A model generated the notes under the pieces. The model worked only from the letters and a program-made list of their open reading frames with translations. It was not told where the DNA came from and did no database searches. A stretch of DNA of 64,000 bases from Eledone cirrhosa (lineage: Eukaryota): positions 161,138,001 to 161,202,000 of the forward strand of contig OZ024742.1 of the NCBI GenBank assembly GCA_964016885.1. The letters are read 5' to 3'. This document shows positions 38,057 to 52,383 of the stretch, piece after piece. The position numbers and the translations under genes were made by a program. Each line of letters starts with the position of its first letter. Position 1 is the stretch's first letter.

Positions 38057-38440
38057 TCATGTTGTTGTCTGGCGTGTTCGTATAGTACTGAACCGTTTTT
38101 TAGTCCTTTTAATTCCCCAACCCCATTGTTGGACTATCCTTTCTCCTATGCTACGAGCTGTCTCGCCTATGTATGTTGTTGTCATGTTTCTGCAAGTACC
38201 CTCTGTACATCTTATGCTATAGAATACGTTTCTAGTTTTACAGTTTATCTGGGGGTTTATTTTACATATAACACATGTCCTGTTAGTACAGTGGGTTTTC
38301 TTAAAAGGGTATGTTTTGCTGATCAGGGATTTTATGGTAGTTCCTGGCTTTTCTATCACTTTAATCTTTAAGTGGGTCTTTCTCAGGGCCTTTCCACATT
38401 GGTTAGCTAATTTCCCTCCAGGGGTGGCGTCCACGAACAT
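38057..38440 (-). pseudogene. PLE GIY-YIG endonuclease with Cys-rich linker
   Basis: HCTNRTCVICKINPQINCKTRNVFYSIRC...YIGETARSIGER. Confidence 0.85.
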
Positions 38441-38446
38441 GACACT

Positions 38447-39610
38447 CTAGTATCTCTGGCTGTCGTACCATGAGGTGGCTTTCCCTATCTTATGTTTAGT
38501 CCTATCTAAGCTATTCCATGATTTTCTCCTGTATAATGGGCAAATTCCTTTCATGTCCAGTTCTATGAGGGTCTTATACTTCTCCATGGCTCCTTCGTAT
38601 ACTCTGATTCTGTCTCTTTGGTTGTAGCCAGAGAACTGCATGCTGTTGATGAAGTGTTGGATGTGTCTTTCCATTTCTGTTGGGTGGCACATGCGGGACA
38701 CGTTCTTCATCACTCGTACCAAGTCTGCGATCAGAATATTAAACTTAGCACTAGTGGACATTGCGGAGGTTTTAAGTATCAGATATTTGGAGGCCATGGG
38801 CTTAGCGTAGTGTGAGTGGAGAATTTTGGCCCTCTCGTCTATAGTGTTAATCCAGAGTTCCGTGTCTAATACAGGTAGTCTACTGTTAGGGTGTTTGGAA
38901 GGATAGTCGATAGTTACAGTTATACTCTGGTGTATGGAGTTAGCTATCTGCTGGATTCCTTCCATCATACTTTCTAAATCATACTTGTTAGTACTCTCTT
39001 GTAGGAGTGTCCTTATTACTATATTAATATCGTCTACGTAACGAGAGTACATGATGAGGTCTATGGAGCTCTCATCAAGGAGATCTTTGAGTCTCCTTTC
39101 CCACCATACCATAAAAAGGTTGGCAATGTCACCAGCTATGCTGACGCCAATGGCTGTTCCCTCATTTTGGGTGTAGATCTTTTCGTTGAATTTGAATATG
39201 TGGCCATTTAGGGTAGTTTTAATACTAGCCCCTAGTGCATGAGCGACCATTTTTCTTACCTGATCATTGTTTTGGGGGTTCCATATGGCTTTGGTCCACC
39301 CAATCCACCTTCCCATGGGAGTCTTTTTTGCCATTGAGATTATGGTGGGCGGGGGGCTACCTCTTATGGGTCTACTGGGGCAGAAACGGTTAAGGTCATG
39401 GCTGTCTAGGTACTCGGTGTCATAGGTAAGTCTAAGTAGGAGGCCCAGTTCGTCTGTGTCGACGTCGCAGAACTTCACCTCACTCTCAATGATCATCTCC
39501 ACACATTTCTCCACAGCAAAATCAATGTTAATGGATGGGTACAGTGATACCACGTCTATACTGCCTATTATGCAGTTAGATAGGTTTTTGTTTTTGTTGC
39601 ACTCATTCAT
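38447..39610 (-). CDS. PLE reverse transcriptase (387-aa open segment of a disrupted ORF)
   Basis: SIDVVSLYPSI, GTAIGVSIAGDIANLFM, YSRYVDDI, LPVLDT, HYAKPMAS. Confidence 0.9.
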   Translation of the reverse strand: MNECNKNKNLSNCIIGSIDVVSLYPSINIDFAVEKCVEMIIESEVKFCDVDTDELGLLLRLTYDTEYLDSHDLNRFCPSRPIRGSPPPTIISMAKKTPMGRWIGWTKAIWNPQNNDQVRKMVAHALGASIKTTLNGHIFKFNEKIYTQNEGTAIGVSIAGDIANLFMVWWERRLKDLLDESSIDLIMYSRYVDDINIVIRTLLQESTNKYDLESMMEGIQQIANSIHQSITVTIDYPSKHPNSRLPVLDTELWINTIDERAKILHSHYAKPMASKYLILKTSAMSTSAKFNILIADLVRVMKNVSRMCHPTEMERHIQHFINSMQFSGYNQRDRIRVYEGAMEKYKTLIELDMKGICPLYRRKSWNSLDRTKHKIGKATSWYDSQRY

Positions 39611-39774
39611 TCTGCTGAGGAGAGGAGGCCCTCTGTACTGTCACATACATCTGGGGACATCTTGATTATGGGGCGTATTGAGAGGAAGTAGGAGATCCTG
39701 TAGTTGCTAGCGATATTGGCTCCGCATACAGGTCTTGCTGGAGGTCCTGTTGTCGGGTCGTCGACTGTCTTATA

Positions 39775-39805
<31 letters not shown>

Positions 39806-40151
39806 TCCTCCAATAAATTGTTTTTGATGTTTTCCTTTTTATCTCATGACAAGATTTATTTTACTGTTTAATTCTTTATATGCCTTGTTCTGTATTTTTT
39901 GCACATTATTTGTTTTTGTTTTTAAGTATTATTTTATGAGTTTTCTTTTTTTCAAACGGAATGTTTACATTTTTTTAAATATCGCTTGTATTTTATTAAT
40001 TCATAAGTTAAAACAAAACCAGCTCGTAATTATTGTTGGCTATAAGCTGGAGGTCTGAATCATTAATTCAGTGGGATATTTTCCAACCAATTTTCTCTCT
40101 CATTAAGACGGAGATCCGCGAAGCTACCCGATCTGCTAAATATATTCACGA

Positions 40152-41223
40152 TTAGTGTGTAACATGTAAGAGCAATTGCGAATATATTAGGTTTTAAACA
40201 AATCTGTGAATTAAGATTTTACAGGCAAAACACACAAACAAACAGAAGACTGAGATAGACCCCCGAGCAAGATGATTGGATAATATCCATGAGCTTGGCT
40301 GGTCTTGCTTGGGGATCCAGTCGGATCAGTTGGAGACGGTTGCTTCAGCCTTCAGAAAACTCGGAATACATTAGAAGGTATACCCCAATTTGCCATGTGT
40401 CTAATATAGTCTTTCATTCCCTACACATTGAAAAAGACGATTAAACCTTTTATTTTTCCTCTTTTAATGTTTTATTCTGTGTTTCTTGCGTGTTATTTGT
40501 TTTTCGTTTCTTTTTTGTTTGTTTGTTTTTTTGTTTTTCGAAAATATTTTTTTGTAGTTCGTCTTTCGGCGAGAAGTTTACATTTTTTTTAAATGATTGC
40601 CTTCTTGTTTACTGTTTAGTCATGGAGAGAAGAACAATACATATGATTTTTTTGGTGGGTTTTAAGAGGAAGGTATTGTCAAACTGGAAACCTGGTCTGA
40701 ATATATTCGACAGAGTGGACTCCACTAAAATCTTTAAAGAGCCAGGTGGACGATGAATGCTGCTCTTTATATTTTAACCTAAATAATTTATGACAATAGT
40801 CCTTTTATTCCCGTTTAGTTCCTTTAACGTCCTTTACTATAATTTTACATGTGATTTGTTTATGATTTTTTTTCGACATTTTTCATGTTTTATTTTTGTT
40901 TGTTTTTCTAGTGAAAGACTACATTTTTTTAATGATTGCCAGTATTTTCTTAATTCTTCTTCACCCACTTATTTCTGAGAGTGTCGTGGGGGCAGAGTCC
41001 TCAAACACTTCTTCCAGCGGGTCCTGTCAGAAGCATCTGTCTCCAACTGATCCGACTGGATCCCCAAGCGAGACCAGCCAAGTTCAGGGATGTTATCCAA
41101 CCATCTTGCTCGGGGGTCTATCTCTGAGTATTCTGTTTGTGTGTTTTACCTGTAAAATCTTAATTCACAGGTTTAAAACCTAATATATTCGTAATTGCTC
41201 TTAAATGTTACACATTAATCGTG
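40152..41223. repeat. Diverged ~195-bp inverted repeat of unknown family
   Basis: 40152-40346 is the reverse complement of about 41030-41223; adjacent blocks repeat directly at about 40000-40140, 41160-41300 and 41430-41545. Confidence 0.75.
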
Positions 41224-41934
41224 AGGTCTGAACGATTACTCAGTGGGACATTTTCTCTATCTCTCAGAAAGAGCATCTACGAAGTCACTCGATCTGCTAA
41301 CATTCGTTGCTAAATTTTCTTCATATTATATCTTATTTGGGATTCGTTTTCGATTTTTTTTTTTTTTTTTTTTTTTTCATTTTCGGGTAAAAGTCTAAAT
41401 TTTTTAAATTATTGCATATGTTTTGTAAATTCACAAGTTTAAAAGAAACCAACTCGTAATTGTTCTTAAATGTTTCACACTAGTCGTTGACTATAAGCCC
41501 GAGGTCTGAGTCGTTAACTCAGCAGGATATTTTCTATCTCTCTGAGGAAACACGCCAAGTTAACCAAGATAAAATTGTTTGAAGGTCCCTTACTCACATG
41601 TCAAATATAGACCTACCGTTTTACTTTTCTTTGTCTTTTTCTTTATTCTTTCTTTTTTTCGTCTTATTTTCATTTGTCAGTCTGACATTTTTATTTTTCA
41701 GTTGTGTATTTTTCTTCACCCCCCTCCGCTCCTTGTCCTCTTTCTACTTTTTCTTTTAATACTTATTACTACTACTATTTTTGCTGCTTCTCCACCTCTG
41801 TGCCTCTGCCTCTTTCTCCTACTTCTTCTTCAACCGCTTCTCCTCCCATCCGTCTCCTCACCCTTTTTCTTCTTCTAATACTACTACTACTACTACTACT
41901 CTCACTTCGCCTCCTCATAAGAATTATTATTATA

Positions 41935-44900
41935 TTTAGTCGGTAGGGTCTTGACACGTGTTGAAAATTCGCTGCGTAAGTTTGTTGTTTTTCACTTGGT
42001 TCGAAAATATTGTTCATTTTAAATTTTATACATTTTGTGGCGAAATCGACCAACTCACATGAGAGCTGATCGTTTTTAGTCTACCTATAGCCCTTAAGGG
42101 CTAAATCAGCATTTAATTCAAAATTTCAGCTCAAAAGTTTTAATTAAAAAAACATGGCGGATGAACCAATGTCTTCCGCAGAATGGAATAGCGGGCTAAC
42201 CACAGAATATAATAGTGGACTCTAAGCAGAATGTAACAGCCAAACACCTGCATAACACACCAACGACAATAACAAAGCACGCGAAGCAAACCTAGAATAC
42301 AAAAAAGATTTTCTACCATTGCAAGTACTAGAAAAGAAAACCAACACTACCACTATTACCATCACCAGTACCACTAAAGCAACAAAAATAACAACGACGA
42401 CACAAACGACAACAATAAAAACACGAACAACAATACATTCGCATTTACAAAAATATAAGTTTAGTACAAGCAGCCAAATTAATTAAAATGCAAAAGACCT
42501 GGGCGAACGTAAGCATCCCGGTCGAGATTTTGGCAGCTACGAATAAGAAAACTCTAAATTACAGATGTATTTCTATAAAATCAAAAACGCCGGAATCAGC
42601 CCTAGAAGCACACATGGAAACGGCCTTAAAAGAAATTATGCAGTATGTCCAACATATTGCAAGGCCAGAGAGCATTATGGTACTCTTCAAGAGTAAAGCC
42701 CTTGCTGTAAAACACTCTGTGATTCTCTGAAAAACGGACCAATACATATTATTCCCATGTTTTATGGGGAAAATATTGGTAAAAATTCGCATTTTTGAAA
42801 TCCACCAGAATTGGACATCTGGTAAATTCTGCCATACGTTGTCCAGGAAGGTAGCGACATTCTAGTGGAGGTAAAAAGTACTCAGAGGGATAACTGATCC
42901 GGGATCTGTTTGGAGATAATTCTCCACATAAAACCGAAGAAGCTGAACAAGATCCCAGATCTAATTTGCCTACCGGGATGTGTTGAGCTCCATGTAGTTG
43001 TTGAGGGAAAAAGGCGTAGATGTCATTTGTGTGGTGAAAATAACTGCTTAGCTTTCTTCCCTGAACAAAAGATAGCAGGGAACCGCAAAGCCCCTTGCTT
43101 CCAGTACCAGGCCCCAACAGCAACAACAACGGCACCACCAGCGGTGAGAGTGGCACTGACACCTGAGGTGGCACTAGCACCAACAGTGGGGCCGCCACCA
43201 GCGTTACCGAGGGGAATATCAATGGGGGAAGGAGCATCAACAATCCCACTCTGGGGTCTCTCACCCAGCTCTCCCTCTCCTTCTTTCCTCCTTTTTCCCT
43301 CCTTCAAATGCATAGACACTCACACAAACACATTCTGAGTCGGAATTCTCAGACACCGGTACTTCCTCATCTCGCAGTGAAGACAACTGGGACTATAAAA
43401 ATGTAAAAAACAAAAAAAGCAACACAGAAAAATGCCAAAAGAAATGCATCCTGTCTCCCCTCAAACATTACAATAAACACACCCAAACTAACCACTGACA
43501 CATCCGCAGCTGCACAAACACCACTACCACCGCAACCGTCAACACCACCAACAACAACAAATGTAACACTACTACAACAACAATTACTCAAACCAAAAAG
43601 AAAATTTACACAAGAACAAATCAAATATACAGACATACAGAATTAAAAGGAACTAAGCACACACACACACCAAACTTTGTGCTAATGAGAAGAACAAATG
43701 AAAATCTAATGGCCCTCATAGCACAAAACAAAAACATTGAACCGGAGGGAGAGGTATTTACCACCAGCACCGTGAAGGTGTCGAATAACCTAAAAATAGA
43801 ATCTTTTTGGAGACATACAAAACAATGAGGAGGAACTTCCCATATGATATCGCGACCACGTGTGTGAAGGTCACTTGCCGATTTCTAAATGGGTTCTGCA
43901 AAAAACCCCAAGCTGACATGTAGATTGAACAACCCGATCTTCAACAGCACCATGAAGAAATGTAGCCCTACTAATGTTTTTCTGACACTTTCCCACCAAC
44001 GTGGCAATGTTAAGTTTGAGATGCATAAAGGCCCGTGTCCTTGGGTCGGCCTTTTGGCAGGTGACCGACAATGCCCCGGCTAAGGCATGAAGCCAGATAT
44101 CCTCGGGTGACTGGAAGACTTTCTCGAAACGTCTCGCCCTTTACTGTTAGGGGAGAACTGGAACAGAATCTTTGACTCTCTGCAATTGTGAAGCAGTAGC
44201 TGATAGAAGCGGGACATGCAAAAGGAAGCTTTTGCTAATCAGACGATTCCAAATTGTCTGACATACTGACTAGGTTACCCAATTGCGCCTGTGTGGACAT
44301 GGAACAATCGCACAGGGTCATCTAGATCGAATTTAGATAGGTTTTTCATTAGATTAGCAGATAAGCATAGCGTGGGATGTCCACAAACGGTCGCCTACTC
44401 AGACCACAAATTTATGATCTGCATGCTCGACCTAGATAAAACGCGTAAACAGAGACCCGGTTACTGGAGGCTTAACACGTCGTTCCTGGTGCCTAAAATC
44501 TGAGTCCGGATTAGCAAATTAGTTAAGCGATAGTTTAAAGTGGCAGTCATCAACAAGTGGTGATGCGCTCTCACGAGTAGACTCGATAGCATTTAATAAA
44601 GCAGTAGCGAGAGAACAAATGAAGCAGAAGGAGAACTAGTAACTAAATTAGAAGAGGTGATTAGGAGTGGCATTGCAGCATCATAGAGAGAGTAGGGAGT
44701 AAACCTGGCTTTGGTAGGGTTCCGATCAATTTAAACCAATTTAAAGCTTTCAATAGGACCGACCATCGCCACATGGAGGCTGTCCTGAAGGCAGCCGGTT
44801 ACGGTCCCGTCTTCAAAGGCTGGATCGCTTCAATGCACATCGGCATCTGATCAGTGAGCAGAATAAATGACCAGTTATCGGAACCGTTTCAGATCACGCA

Positions 44901-45385
44901 TCGGTCCGGCAAAGATACCCTCATTCTTCCTTTTTGTATGTGCTGAGTTTCGTGTTCCTACTGCGAAAGCTGAAACTGTTGAAGGGCATGCCACTCGAAC
45001 CGAGGCGTGGAAGGGCACTTTCCTCACCGGTCAATCGCTCACCAACTTTTCCAAGTTCCACTTGGAAGGGAAGGTGAGTGAGGGTGAAGAGAGAAGTGCT
45101 GCCACTAGTATATTTGTTAAAAGGTGGATGAATGTAGCGAGGATGGCTCGAATGAATGGGTATACGCTGAGGATGCGCTGACCACTGGAGAGGAGAAAGG
45201 CACTTTTCTATAGTGTTTCGGATCTGTATGGTTCTTAAATTTCCCCTGTGTGGTGCTCTCCTTTTGGGGGATTTCTGTTGTTTTAATTTTATTGGTATTT
45301 TGTTACCTGTTTTCTTTATGTACACGCTTCATATCATATGTTAATCCCCACTGTTCTTGTCCATTTGTATTGTATTTTGTATTAG
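41935..45385 (+). mobile_element. Old, deleted Tx1-clade element
   Basis: ORF1 remnant VEGKRRRCHLCG; 44291 ORF WTWNNRTGSSRSNLDR...AYSDHK...PGYWRLN matches the 9105 ORF; 3' UTR resembles the reverse complement of 8850-8925. Confidence 0.8.
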
Positions 45386-45394
45386 CAGTGGAGA

Positions 45395-46360
45395 GAGTAG
45401 TGGATTGGCAGACTCAGTAGAGCGTCGAACAAAAGGATTTGTGATAGTCACTTTATATTCTGTGTTCAAATCCCATTCATTTGCCATTCATCCTTACGGA
45501 GTCGATAAAATAAGGTACCAGTAACGTACCGGGGTTAATTTAATCGATCCTCGTCTCCCCCAAAATTGTTGGTCTTGTTCCTAAGTTAAAAACCACATTA
45601 TTAGTAGTGAAGCAAGGAAGACCTAGTTCAAACGCTTGCAACAGAGTGGACTCGACTGATGTCACCATGAGGCTATGTCATAGGGAAAAACGTGTGACCT
45701 AGTGGTTAGGGTGCTTGACTCACCATATGGCCGTGGATTCGATTCTTGTGACCGGGTGACTCGTCCACAACTGTACCACACCATTAATGTTGTATGAGGG
45801 AGGAGAGGTTAACTGTGAAAGATAATTTGGAATATTATAACTAAAAACAAGAAGTAAACATAAAATAAATTAAATTGGATTGATACACTTAATATAGATA
45901 TAATTGTTTCTACTTTTGGCACAATTCCAGCAATTATCCCCGTGTATTACTGTACTTTGTTTTATCGACTCTGGAAGGATGAAAGGCAAAGTTGACCTCG
46001 GTGGGATTTAAACTCAGAAGGTATAGGGCTGTAAGTAAATGGTGCAAATCATTTTGTAACTCCTGAAAGAGTCGTAGGAGCACCGTGTTGACATACAGCG
46101 TTTCTCGGGCATTTTAAGCCTGGCGGAGCCCATCCAGAGAAAGATAGAAAGAGAGAAAGATAGAAAGTGAGAGAGAGAGGAAATGAGAAAGAGATATAGA
46201 GGAAGAATTGACCCCAGTACTAGACTGGTACTTTTTTTATCGACCTCGAAATTATGAAAGGCCCTCGGCGGGATTTGAACTCGGAGAGCAAAGAGCCGGA
46301 ACGAATACCATAAAGCATTCTCTCCGACGCTCTAACGACTCTGACAATTCGCCGCTTGTG
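45395..46360. mobile_element. Cluster of SINE copies (45395-45600 +, 45690-45760 +, 45900-46055 -, 46205-46356 -)
   Basis: Each matches the 19021 or 36958 families. Confidence 0.7.
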
Positions 46361-47339
46361 ACTCTGCTATAAGAAGTCACAAATGATTCTTGTTTTGATT
46401 AGACTCCACCATCCAAGGGTTCAAATTGGAGTCACAATGATACTGTAGGTTATGATATTCATCTTAAATTTAATTAGACTATCATGATTATTTCGTTTAA
46501 CTATTTATACAAAACTTTTTGTTTTAACGAATGGAAACAATATTACAATTTGTAACAATAAAAAACAAAGACGTTTTTAACAGAAGAAGAAAAAGAAAAC
46601 AGTAAAGGAGTCAAATTGCACTGAACCCCGTTTATATCTGTTGACATTCTCTCCTTGCTTTTTCTAGCCTGCAAAATTCATTTACTCTTTTTTTCCCATC
46701 ATAAAGGCACTTGTATTCAACTACTTCCGTCTTTTGTTATAGCTGTAATAGTTGGCATTTTTCACATTCCACTTTCGGTTGATCATTCAACAAATAATTA
46801 GAACAAACATTGAACGTGTGGCATCAAAACCAAGTCGTTTACTTTGTAAAAGTTGGCTGGCGCTGTATTGCAAACACTGGTCCGAAAGTAGACAGGTATC
46901 GACAAATACACGGGGAGCTTCTTTCACTATTTACTAGATTCGTTCTTCCCTTAAAAGCTGCATCAACTAAACCAAAGGTAAACAGAAATGAAGAAAAAAT
47001 ACAATCAAATCAAAATCAAATGTGTGAATCGAATTACTGTTATGGCTACTGTGTGTTCCCCCAAAAATTTGTTCATGGTTTTTTTCTTTTTTCCAAATCT
47101 TTTACGGCTCGTTTCTCCCGCGTCCTTATTAAAGACTATTTCACTTTACCACTCTTCTTGACTTTTCCCAAGTAATATTTGAGCTTTTATTGATATTGCA
47201 TACACGATATGAGAACTCTAGAAACGTCAGATCGAAGGATTAGTGCTATTCATTCTGGCTCTCTGTGCTCTGAGTTCGAACCCCGCTGAAGTCAACATTT
47301 TTTCCAGGTCGATAAAAAAATGTACCAGGGAATGATTTT

Positions 47340-47388
<49 letters not shown>

Positions 47389-47695
47389 GTTAGGTGACTT
47401 TTCCTTTCCATGTGTCAAACCAGTATCCCTAACAGTCCGTTTACTTTTCCATAATCAGTAAGGGAATTCCAGAAATACCGAATAGAATGATTAGCGGTAT
47501 TCGTTCCGGCTCTCTACGACCTAAGTTCAGATTCCGTCAAGGTTAATGTATGGCTGGGCAAAAATAATCTCGAAATAAAGAAGCTACATACATACATACA
47601 TACATACATACAGACATACATACATACATACATACATACATACATACATACATACATACATACATACATACATACATACATACATACATACATAC

Positions 47696-48285
47696 ATGGT
47701 GGTGGTGGCTGCCAACACTTTATATCCATGTAAGAGAACACCTACCGATACGCTGAACGAGTGTGACATTTTAGTCCAGCCAGCGTCTTGAAAACTCTGG
47801 TACAAACACTACACTTGTGACAATTATTGACACACAGTGCTGGGACCATGGTACCATGTGATGACAAGTGCAAAGAGATCTCCAGATATAAAGCAATGCC
47901 TGTGCCGTGAAGCTTTTATAGTGAGCAAAGGCACAGCACAAAGCCAGTCCCACTCTCTTAACCAAGATGATATTTACCAAAGAGAAGAACAAGTCAACAT
48001 CATTGGATACCATCAGAGTTGCAGGTGTTATATCAGAGTTTTCCTTCTAGAATTCTGCCTTGACAAAGGCTAAGGGGTCATCTCTCCCGGTGATTTTGGA
48101 TGGCCATTGACACATAAGAGCTCCTTTGCCCTTTGAGAGGTTTTGTTTTTAGTCCTGCAGGATGTCCAAAGTCACCCTCCTCACCAAGAAACCTTGGTGG
48201 GGTTGCCAGTCTAGTCGCCAACGACCCGACCATGGGACAGGTTGTACTGGGATACATGTTACCATTAACACCAACATACATACAT
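47696..48285 (-). mobile_element. ~600-bp non-autonomous RTE-like derivative inside (TACA)n
   Basis: Reverse complement of 28269-28867; (TACA)n on both sides. Confidence 0.8.
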
Positions 48286-50293
48286 ATATACATACATACA
48301 TTCAATGCGATCAGTCGCATGTTTTGGCGTGGGAGACTATTTATTAAATTTAAGATGAATAATATCTCCGACAGTAATGCCACAATTAGTGTCATGTTGA
48401 ATAACTGGTTATTCCTCTAACTATATCTTCTGAAGACACCTTTTATTCGAATTCGTAGAGATATCCGACTAAATACATAATTCATTTTACAAGGATTTGC
48501 TACAAACAGCATGGCTGAACACAACATCAACAACAAAATTAAGGAAGTATCGAAGACAACCAACAAGAAAGGTAAACAAACTTTATTCTGTTGTAGCTAC
48601 AGAAGAAACCGAAATTATAAATCGCATTTCTCTTGGAGTTGCGAACTTAATAATGATTTATTTAATTGTTATAAAATGGCAAAAAACAATCCCTCCATTG
48701 GCTATATGAATAGAATGAAGCTACACTGGGACGAAATGCACCCAGAGCTAAATTATTTCACAGCGAAACTATTACGCCAACAAGCGACGTTTGTTGAACG
48801 TAAAAATAAGATAAATATTATTAATTGTAAGTCTCCCACAACAAACATGTTATCAACAACACGTGCTAAAGATCGCCATGCTACTAGACATGGTCGATCA
48901 GCGTCTTGAAACAACTATGCCTGTAAGAAATTTGACATTACGTGTACCATCTAAGTCTACCTCGAATGCTGGGGAAAACACTATCGATAATAAAAATAAT
49001 CGAAGAAATTTGACAGCACGTGTACCATCCGAGCGTACCTCGACTGTTGTGGAAAATACTATCGATAATGATAATAATCAAAAGTATAAACAATTGAAAA
49101 TTTCCCTCAACCAAATCTTCCAGAGAGAAATTAATTCCTGTATAAATATCTCTCTTGCTGAACGTATTAAAACGACAATGTTTAATAAGAAAAAAAAAAA
49201 AAATAATAATGAAATATTACGTGTTATTGACGAAATAGGGGATGAATATTTACGACGAATAAAAGTCCCAACATTTTGGCAAATCAACGCCTGTTTATAT
49301 GCCTTAGCAACGACAGTGAAGCATTATCTTGGTGATAGCAGAGATATTAACAAGAACAGAACACCACCAAAAATACCATCATATATAACTAAAATAGAAA
49401 AAAAGATCGCTGACCTACGAAAAAACATAGGATATGTGACAATGCAAACAAACACAAAATAATTTCACTCCTCAACAACAAAGAGTGAAAAATAAAATAG
49501 AGACGATGTTTGATAACAGTAGAACCAGAACTTTCCAATATAAGCTGATCACCCTCAAACAAGAATTGAGAGCTGTTAGCGAAAAACGCCGATACCTGAA
49601 GAATATAGATGAGAGAAAAGTGCTTAATAAAAGATTCAGACGAAACCAAACATCAGTCTATAGAGATATGAAGAACGAAATAATAAGTGTCACTGAAGCC
49701 CCATTCCAGAAAGACATAGATTCCTTTTGGAGAAAAATATGGGGTGAAAAGAAGAATTTCAACCAATATGCAGTGTGGCTAAGAGAAATCCGAAAGAACT
49801 ATTGCTCCTACAACAAAAGCATACGAAATAAGTGAGGGTACCCTTGAAACTGTGATAGGAAAACTCCAAGACGAGAAAACACCAGGAAGAGACATGATTG
49901 TCGGCTACTGGTATAAAAAACTGATATGCTATCGGAGGTATCTTACTGACCTCTACCAACAAGTTCTTAAGGGAGATACACATATACTGGAATGGTTGAC
50001 ATTAGCACAAACATTACTGGTCCTCAAGAACAAAGACACCCACTTGGCAAAAAACTACCAAGCCATTGCATGCCAGAACCTGATGCATCAGATGTATACA
50101 GCCTGTCTGAACCTATTCCTCCAAGATCACTGTGAAAATAATAACATCATCACAGATGAACAAGCAGCTGGAAAGAAAGGGGTTTGGGGATGTGATGAAC
50201 AACTCCTAATCGGGGGTGCGACATCTTAGGAGGAATATGACTACAGTCTGACTGGACTACAGGAAAGCTTTCGATTCTATTCCCCACTCTTGG

Positions 50294-51124
50294 ATGATAG
50301 AGGCCCTCCAACTTGCTAAAGTCCCAGACATTATTGTCAGAGCCATAGAGAGGCTGTCTTCTTCTTGGGCTACTATCCTAAGATTAAAGACAGAGAATGA
50401 GGACTCTATTTTCACTGAGAAAATAAAATATTGCAGGGGTATATTTCAGGGGGACAGTCTCTCTGTGATATTATTCATCTTGTCATTAAACCCCTTGTCC
50501 TTTCTGCTCAAGAAATGTGAGGGATACATCATTGGCTCACAGGAGGACAGAAATACGAACCTAACCCATAATTTCTTTGTGGACGATCTGAAACTCTATG
50601 CCAAGAACATGGATGGGGTGAAGAAAAATCTTGACCTGGTAACAACGTTCACAAAGGATATAGGAATGGAGTTTGGCCAAGATAAATGCTCATACATGAT
50701 TGTAAAGCGGGGAAAAACAACAACCCAATCTAGCAACATTGTTATCAATGGCCTAACTGTTTCACCGATATCTGATGAGGACTGCTACAGATACCTGGGG
50801 ATAGATGAGAACATATCCTATAATGGTATCTGTAATAAAGAACGCGTAACCAGGGAATACTACACCCGATTAAGAAAGATCTGGTCATCGGAACTCTCTG
50901 CGCAAAACAAAACAGTGGCTCACAATATGTTTGCTGTCCCTGTCCTAACACTAACGTTTGGAATACTCAATTGGACGATAGACGAAATCCGAGCAGTTGA
51001 TGTTGGAACTCGAAAAATACTGAACAACACCGGAAACTTCCACATCAACAGTGACATAGACCGCCTTTACTTGAAACGTAAGCAGGGAGGCAGAGGCCTA
51101 ACATCAGTCCAGACAACATTTTAA
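50294..51124 (+). pseudogene. Dong/R4 reverse transcriptase core
   Basis: GIFQGDSLS and FVDDLKLY motifs. Confidence 0.92.
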
Positions 51125-51942
51125 TGTCGCATCATATCCCTCCGACAACATCTCCGAAGCGTAGGAGCCCGTTTCTCGAGCAAGTCTATCTGCATGAAAA
51201 AGATAAGATCATGAGAGTTGGGAAGGAACTCCTTGAGAGATATTCCCTGTGTGATTATCAAAAACTCACACCCAGGGATGTCGCTCAGCAGTATCGCAGT
51301 GAATCCATGGATGAAAAACTACATGCCTATCAGCAAAAAATCATGCATGGATATGTTGCCAGGAAGCTCCAGAATGAGAGTAATATAGATAAGGAAAGTA
51401 GTCTATCTTGGACCAACAACCGCTATATTGGCTCCCACTTTGAACGATACGCTTTTGCAATCCAAGAACAGGAGATTAGCACGAAATACCTGATTCACAA
51501 AAGAGATAGGGATGCAGGCAAAACGCCTAGATGTGATAACAAGTGCAGACTCTGCAGAACTAACATCGAGGATATCACCCATGTCATCAGCAGCTGTCCA
51601 AAGATGTCATCGCGGTACTATCTACCTATGAGGCATGATGTAATGGCCAAAACACTGTACAATGCAGTTCGTAAAAAAGATAGCCCCGATAATAAACACA
51701 TTAAAAGCTACAGCAATGTGGAAGACATCCATGCACATAATATGAAAGAGTACTGGTGGAATGTTCCAGTAAAAACCCCAATAAAATGCAGGCATAACAG
51801 ACCAGATATTATGATATGGGACAGGGAGAAGAAAGCATGCACAGTAGTGGAAGTTAGCTGCCCAGCAGATACCAATATAATATCAAAGATTAGCGAAAAG
51901 GAGAATATTTATGCAGAACTGATGAGAAATCTGCAGATCTGA
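51124..51942 (+). pseudogene. Dong/R4 CCHC finger and restriction-like endonuclease
   Basis: AIQEQEISTKY, CRLC-H-C, RHD, PD..E..K.Y. Confidence 0.92.
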
Positions 51943-52383
51943 TTACACCTTCAGATTTATGCCTGTAATTATTGGGGCACTGGGTTATATTAGTAACTGC
52001 CTCAATACAAATTTTGAGAAGCTAGGCTTCACAGAAACAGAAAGAACACAGCTAGTTAGGAAATTACAAGTATAATCCATTAATGGAACAGTAAAAGTAT
52101 GTAAAACATTCCAAAAATGTTGCATCTAATAACTGCATATACACATGTACAGATACAAAGCATACATGCACACATGCACACATACACACATACAACTCAA
52201 AACATACATATCCACACATACAATAACATCCATATCTACACATGCATGCATGCATACATAATCTACCTAGTTGATGTTGTGTAAATTCCAATGAGAGAGT
52301 CGTGTGTCTATGTTAGAAACCGACTCTCTCTCTCTATTGGGAAACAATTTGTGAAATGATAAAACCAGACGAACATACATACA

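Larger units (their letters stand above)
37625..39776 (-). mobile_element. Neptune-like Penelope-like element, 5' truncated
   Basis: RT, Cys-rich linker, GIY-YIG and a 3' HHR-like motif (reverse strand CTGATGA-T-GTTGCA-GATG-TGCAAC-GAAA at about 37643-37670); TA-rich flanks. Confidence 0.85.
48302..52375 (+). mobile_element. Dong/R4-clade non-LTR retrotransposon (RT plus restriction-like endonuclease), near full length, decayed
   Basis: KTPGRDMIVGYWYK, DYRKAFDSIPHSW, GIFQGDSLS, FFVDDLKLY, YRYLGI, RLYLKRKQGGRGL, CRLC...HVISSC...RHD, NRPDIMI...EVSCP; stops and frameshifts; (TACA)n flanks. Confidence 0.92.

Noticed and set aside
48425-48475. CTGAAGA near the 5' end of the Dong/R4 element as a 5' ribozyme
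   Set aside because: No matching GAAA or helices found; an HDV-like fold could not be built by eye here or at the RTE 5' ends
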